Below, in pieces: positions 60,270-64,000 of a stretch of 64,000 bases of DNA (position 1 is the stretch's first letter; each line of letters opens with the position of its first letter). The stretch comes from Schizochytrium sp. TIO01 (taxonomy: Eukaryota; Protista; Bigyra: Labyrinthulomycetes). Under the pieces are notes generated by a model, which saw only the letters and a list, made by a program, of their open reading frames with translations, had not been told where the DNA came from and ran no database searches. The stretch lies in assembly GCA_004764695.1 (NCBI GenBank), contig SMSO01000025.1, forward strand, positions 992,001 through 1,056,000, in the 5' to 3' direction. The position numbers were made by a program, and so were the translations under genes.

Positions 60270-63200
60270 TTGAAGTCTTCAGGTATTAACAGTAGTGCTC
60301 ATAGCACTTGTAGGAAGTTTCTTTCAGATCACAATCTGTTGGTAGATCGGGTACCAGGGTACTACTTCCAGCCCTTTTTAACTAGTTATTTCATAATGGT
60401 GCCCGTTGTAATAAATTCATTATTCATTGATGACCTTTTATTTTTGAAGGAATCAGTTGTAGGGACCATCCATACAGAAACAAGGGATTCTATTTATTTT
60501 ATTTGCGGCCACACCTACCTCCTCCCCCAAAGTACCTCTACTTCGAATCATTTTTTGTTGCATAAACCAATGCCTTCGAACGTTTGCAGGGGCAATGTGT
60601 TTTAGATATCAAGAATCAAGCATGCAGAATATACATTCGAATATGATCTGCAATAAAATTGAAAGTCTATGATAAGATCAACTGTCATTCAAATAGACTG
60701 AAAGAGATATATTCAAGCCATACACAAGCTCTTGATGAGGCTATATTTTAGATGGCTCTTACAGACAATGTTCCGACCGTGTTGCAAACCTCGAGAGCTT
60801 TTATTCAGTTCCTTCTATTAAGAAGGGTTTGGTTAGTACTGAGTCATATTACTCAAAAGTTCTGTGGCTAGCGACATGCTTCTAAAAACCTATCAAGAAT
60901 ATTGCGTTGTGCTTGTAAAAAGTACAATATACATATATATGAAGTCGAACCCCAGTTCATGGATTTTAATACTCACAAGGGCCTCATAATATCGTGAACT
61001 TGCGATGCGACTATCTATGTGTGCTTGTAAAGTCCAGCACAGTAAGTTCAGTTTTCCAAGACAAGAGCATGCGGTAATTGTTAGGTCCTGGCATGCTGCA
61101 CACGGGCATCCTCCAAGAAAACAGAAAACACCTGGCCAAAATATCCAAGACGCGACCAGAGTCTGATGCCCGTTTGTCGTGCATTTCACATATGTGCCAT
61201 TAATGTTAAGCCGGCGGCATTCAGCGGGGTCCACTTATTGTTATCAAACAGTCAGCAATCAAGACTCTTACTTATTTAACCGAGCTACCGTAATTATGCA
61301 GATATTTCATTTCACCATCAATATTATAATGATCCCCCCAAAAATATAATGCCGAGAGAACAACAAGAGTAAGAAATATAATGCGGAGTGATGAGGCTTA
61401 GATTTGTCTCCTCAAGCACAAAGCCACAGCTCGCCAAGTTTGAATGAAGAAGCATCCACTGGTCCACTGATACGAAAATGCGTAGCTGCCCAAGAATTCC
61501 TGCAGAAGCAAACCATGTCGACTCAGTCTATAGTTCTTGAATAGTATTTAAAATTACCAAACTAGTCTCCGCTCTTCACGTTCGCCTACTTGTAGGCGAA
61601 AGAAAGTGTTTTGTCCTATTTAGATCTGATATCAGTACAGAAACAAGTCTCTCACGCTAAGTGAAGATCCCTTAGCTCATGAATTTAAAGGTACAGCTCG
61701 GACAAATGAGTTGATCTGAAAGTAAAGTTGCATGAACAAGCAAACCTTCTGCTTCGCCTCCGCATGCTATATCAGAGCCGTCCACCAAGCAACACTGTGT
61801 ACCGCCTTGGTACGCGTTACTCGCAATTGATATTCCCTGAGACTCAAAGAGGTAGCAGGCCTGTGTATGGAAGAAATTTGAACAACGATCCTCATGCAGT
61901 AGACATTTATTTGGAGGCATGTCCCCGAGGTTGTTCTTTTGCTGGAAAATCTAATTTATCAATTGTTGCTTTCTACTTTGTTTTAAACTCTGCTCTTGAT
62001 AATCCTATTGACCTCTCTTCAAATTAATAATTTTAGAATTACGTCCAATTTGTAAGAATTTAGTCCATACTAGACTTAATTGATCATTCCAGAATTTGGA
62101 AAATACCCCATAGAAATGAAACCAACAACAGTATTTAAAAGTGTGGGGGTTTATTTGACACATGCCTTTCTTCTAATCCAGCTTTGAGTGTAGAATGAAT
62201 CAACGTTATTTTAGTGTATCAGACAGATATAGGAGAGAGGCTATTACAAGAGCATGCTTGGACATCGGAGAACCGTGTTTGCTTCGTGGCCAACACTTAC
62301 TTTTGCAAGGGTATGTGTCACCAAACCGTCTGCAGTTCTCTGCAAATCATGCCAAAGATATGGACCCAATGACGATTGATTGATCCTTAACTATTACCCT
62401 CCTAATAGCCTGAATGTTGACTGCCAGTCGGACGTAATACATTTGGTTGCAGTGCAACTGGACCTCGAACTCAGCAGCGCGGTAGTCCATTAGCATGGTT
62501 ATGATTTTAAATGGTTTAATGTGATATTATTTTTAATTATTCAAATATTTAGAACAGTATTCATTTTTGAACTAAATTTCCTAGCCAACCTCTTGCTCGG
62601 CAAGCTGTGCCTCTTGGTATTTATTAAATACCTCACTATAATGAGGATCCATGATATTAAACCACATACCTTTTGGCAGTTAAAGAGATCGGACGGTTTT
62701 GCATGGGATGCAATACAAATGGAAAATTAAAGAAGGTAATCGTGGTGTGGTGGGAATACGAATTCTAAAAATGTGTAGATCTCTAGCTCCTCTACTTGTC
62801 ATTTTAGAGATAGCCCTGGCACCACATTCTGCAATTTGCAACTTTCGAAGAGAAAATTTCCACAGGTAACTTGAAAATCATTACATATTAACTTCTTTGG
62901 AAAGGGGCAAACAGTGAAAACTCAAGATGGGACGTTGATTCCCAGCATTGATTAATCATACGATTGGATTGAAAGTACAGTCATTGGCTTGAGAAATTCT
63001 TCTTACACAAATACTTCAATGTATCAGTGTGCTATTGAGTGTAACATTCCAATATTATATGGTATAATCTTCTACCAAATTCACGTGCCTTATATTCAAT
63101 TCATACACTAGAGTTTAAAAACACAAAGAACTCTACCTCTCTCGGCGTGCATAGAAAATTGGTGTGGCAGTCCGGAATGGAGAAGACCCAAGTAAATCTC

Positions 63201-63560
63201 AAATCAGAATAAGTACTGGTAATATGATCGTCTGTCCCCACTTCAGCATGCCAGTGATTCGTGCCGATTTAGGGTAGTTGCATCGTTCTTAATTGTATAT
63301 TTATTGGGCTTAACGACAATTGCCACCGATTGTCCTAACGATTAACCTAAAATTGCCCATTCCAGAGACGTTGATAAATGAACTAATATTAAGTCAACTA
63401 GAAATGTTATGAAACACAAAGACAAAATCAGCACAGATGAGTCAAAATGCCAACAATACCTAGACCAGGCGCATGTGATCTTGTCTCCACAGAAACAATG
63501 ATGAATGCGAGAACTGTTAACGCATTCGACTTATAAACCTTCAACCAGAAGAAGACGGCA
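60270..63560 (+). pseudogene. Long decayed LRR gene relic or cluster (typical-type)
   Basis: All on the + strand across ~3.3 kb: HNLLVDRVPGYYFQ, MPSNVCRGN, CNKIESL, KINCHSNRLKEI (60674-60712), PRGCSFAGKSNLSIV, IDLSSN, RLQFSANHAKDMDPMT, RIHDIKPHTFWQLKR, EIA/PGTTFCNL, SVPTSACQ and GLTTIATD. Confidence 0.5.
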
Positions 63561-64000
63561 TCTCTAATTATATAGAAGGATCTCTAAGTCTTTACAATCT
63601 AAAGTCCTTTCTCTTGAGGGCTCATACTTGTAAAAATTGTTATTGTACTTTTAGACAAAAATAGATTTCGACTACATAACTTGTAATCCTAAATTCACAA
63701 TACATAATGTGTAATCCTAATCTGGATGTTTTGGCCACTCTCACAATTCAGGCAACTAACTATCTTAAGATTATTTGTTTACAAACCATACCAGACACAA
63801 CAGGGAGGAGTTGGTACTATTTTAAATGAGGTGCATTACAGACTGCTTGAAGTCACATAACAAATAAGTTGTATAACCTGAGAAAGAAACTTCAAACTCA
63901 GAGCGAGGCTTGACTAAGTAAATTTCTCCGATCAACTATGTCTCAGTTCGTTTGTTGAAGTACACTGGGAACGCATGATTCTTTTCCTTTCCGTGCAATT

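Noticed and set aside
1-64000. tRNA, rRNA, snRNA, intact transposase/RT, viral core genes
   Set aside because: No recognisable signature found by eye; tRNAscan-SE and Infernal would be needed to exclude small RNAs.

Overview
Eukaryotic nuclear DNA: intron-poor genes, one GT-AG intron, many microsatellites. The style suggests a stramenopile protist such as a thraustochytrid/labyrinthulomycete, but that is inference only. The first 30.5 kb hold six credible genes: a RABL6-like GTPase, a 2690-aa ARM-like/EF-hand-like protein ending in a tandem RyR-like module, a DUF1664 protein, a two-exon Rab11-family GTPase, Tim17, and a Myb/SANT-like transcription factor with a Cys/His cluster. The remaining ~33 kb, upstream of the transcription factor, has no credible intact gene. 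Manual translation across stops and frameshifts suggests this 'desert' and several intergenic gaps hold many heavily decayed leucine-rich-repeat (LRR) gene fragments of two subtypes: typical 'LPxxxF'-type and ribonuclease-inhibitor/NLRC3-like. A short dispersed hairpin repeat (4 copies), AT-rich islands and (TAGC)n/CTACCTAC motif clusters are interspersed. The pseudogene calls rest on short motif matches made by eye, have approximate boundaries, and need profile searches. No rRNA, tRNA, CRISPR array or intact transposase was recognised.
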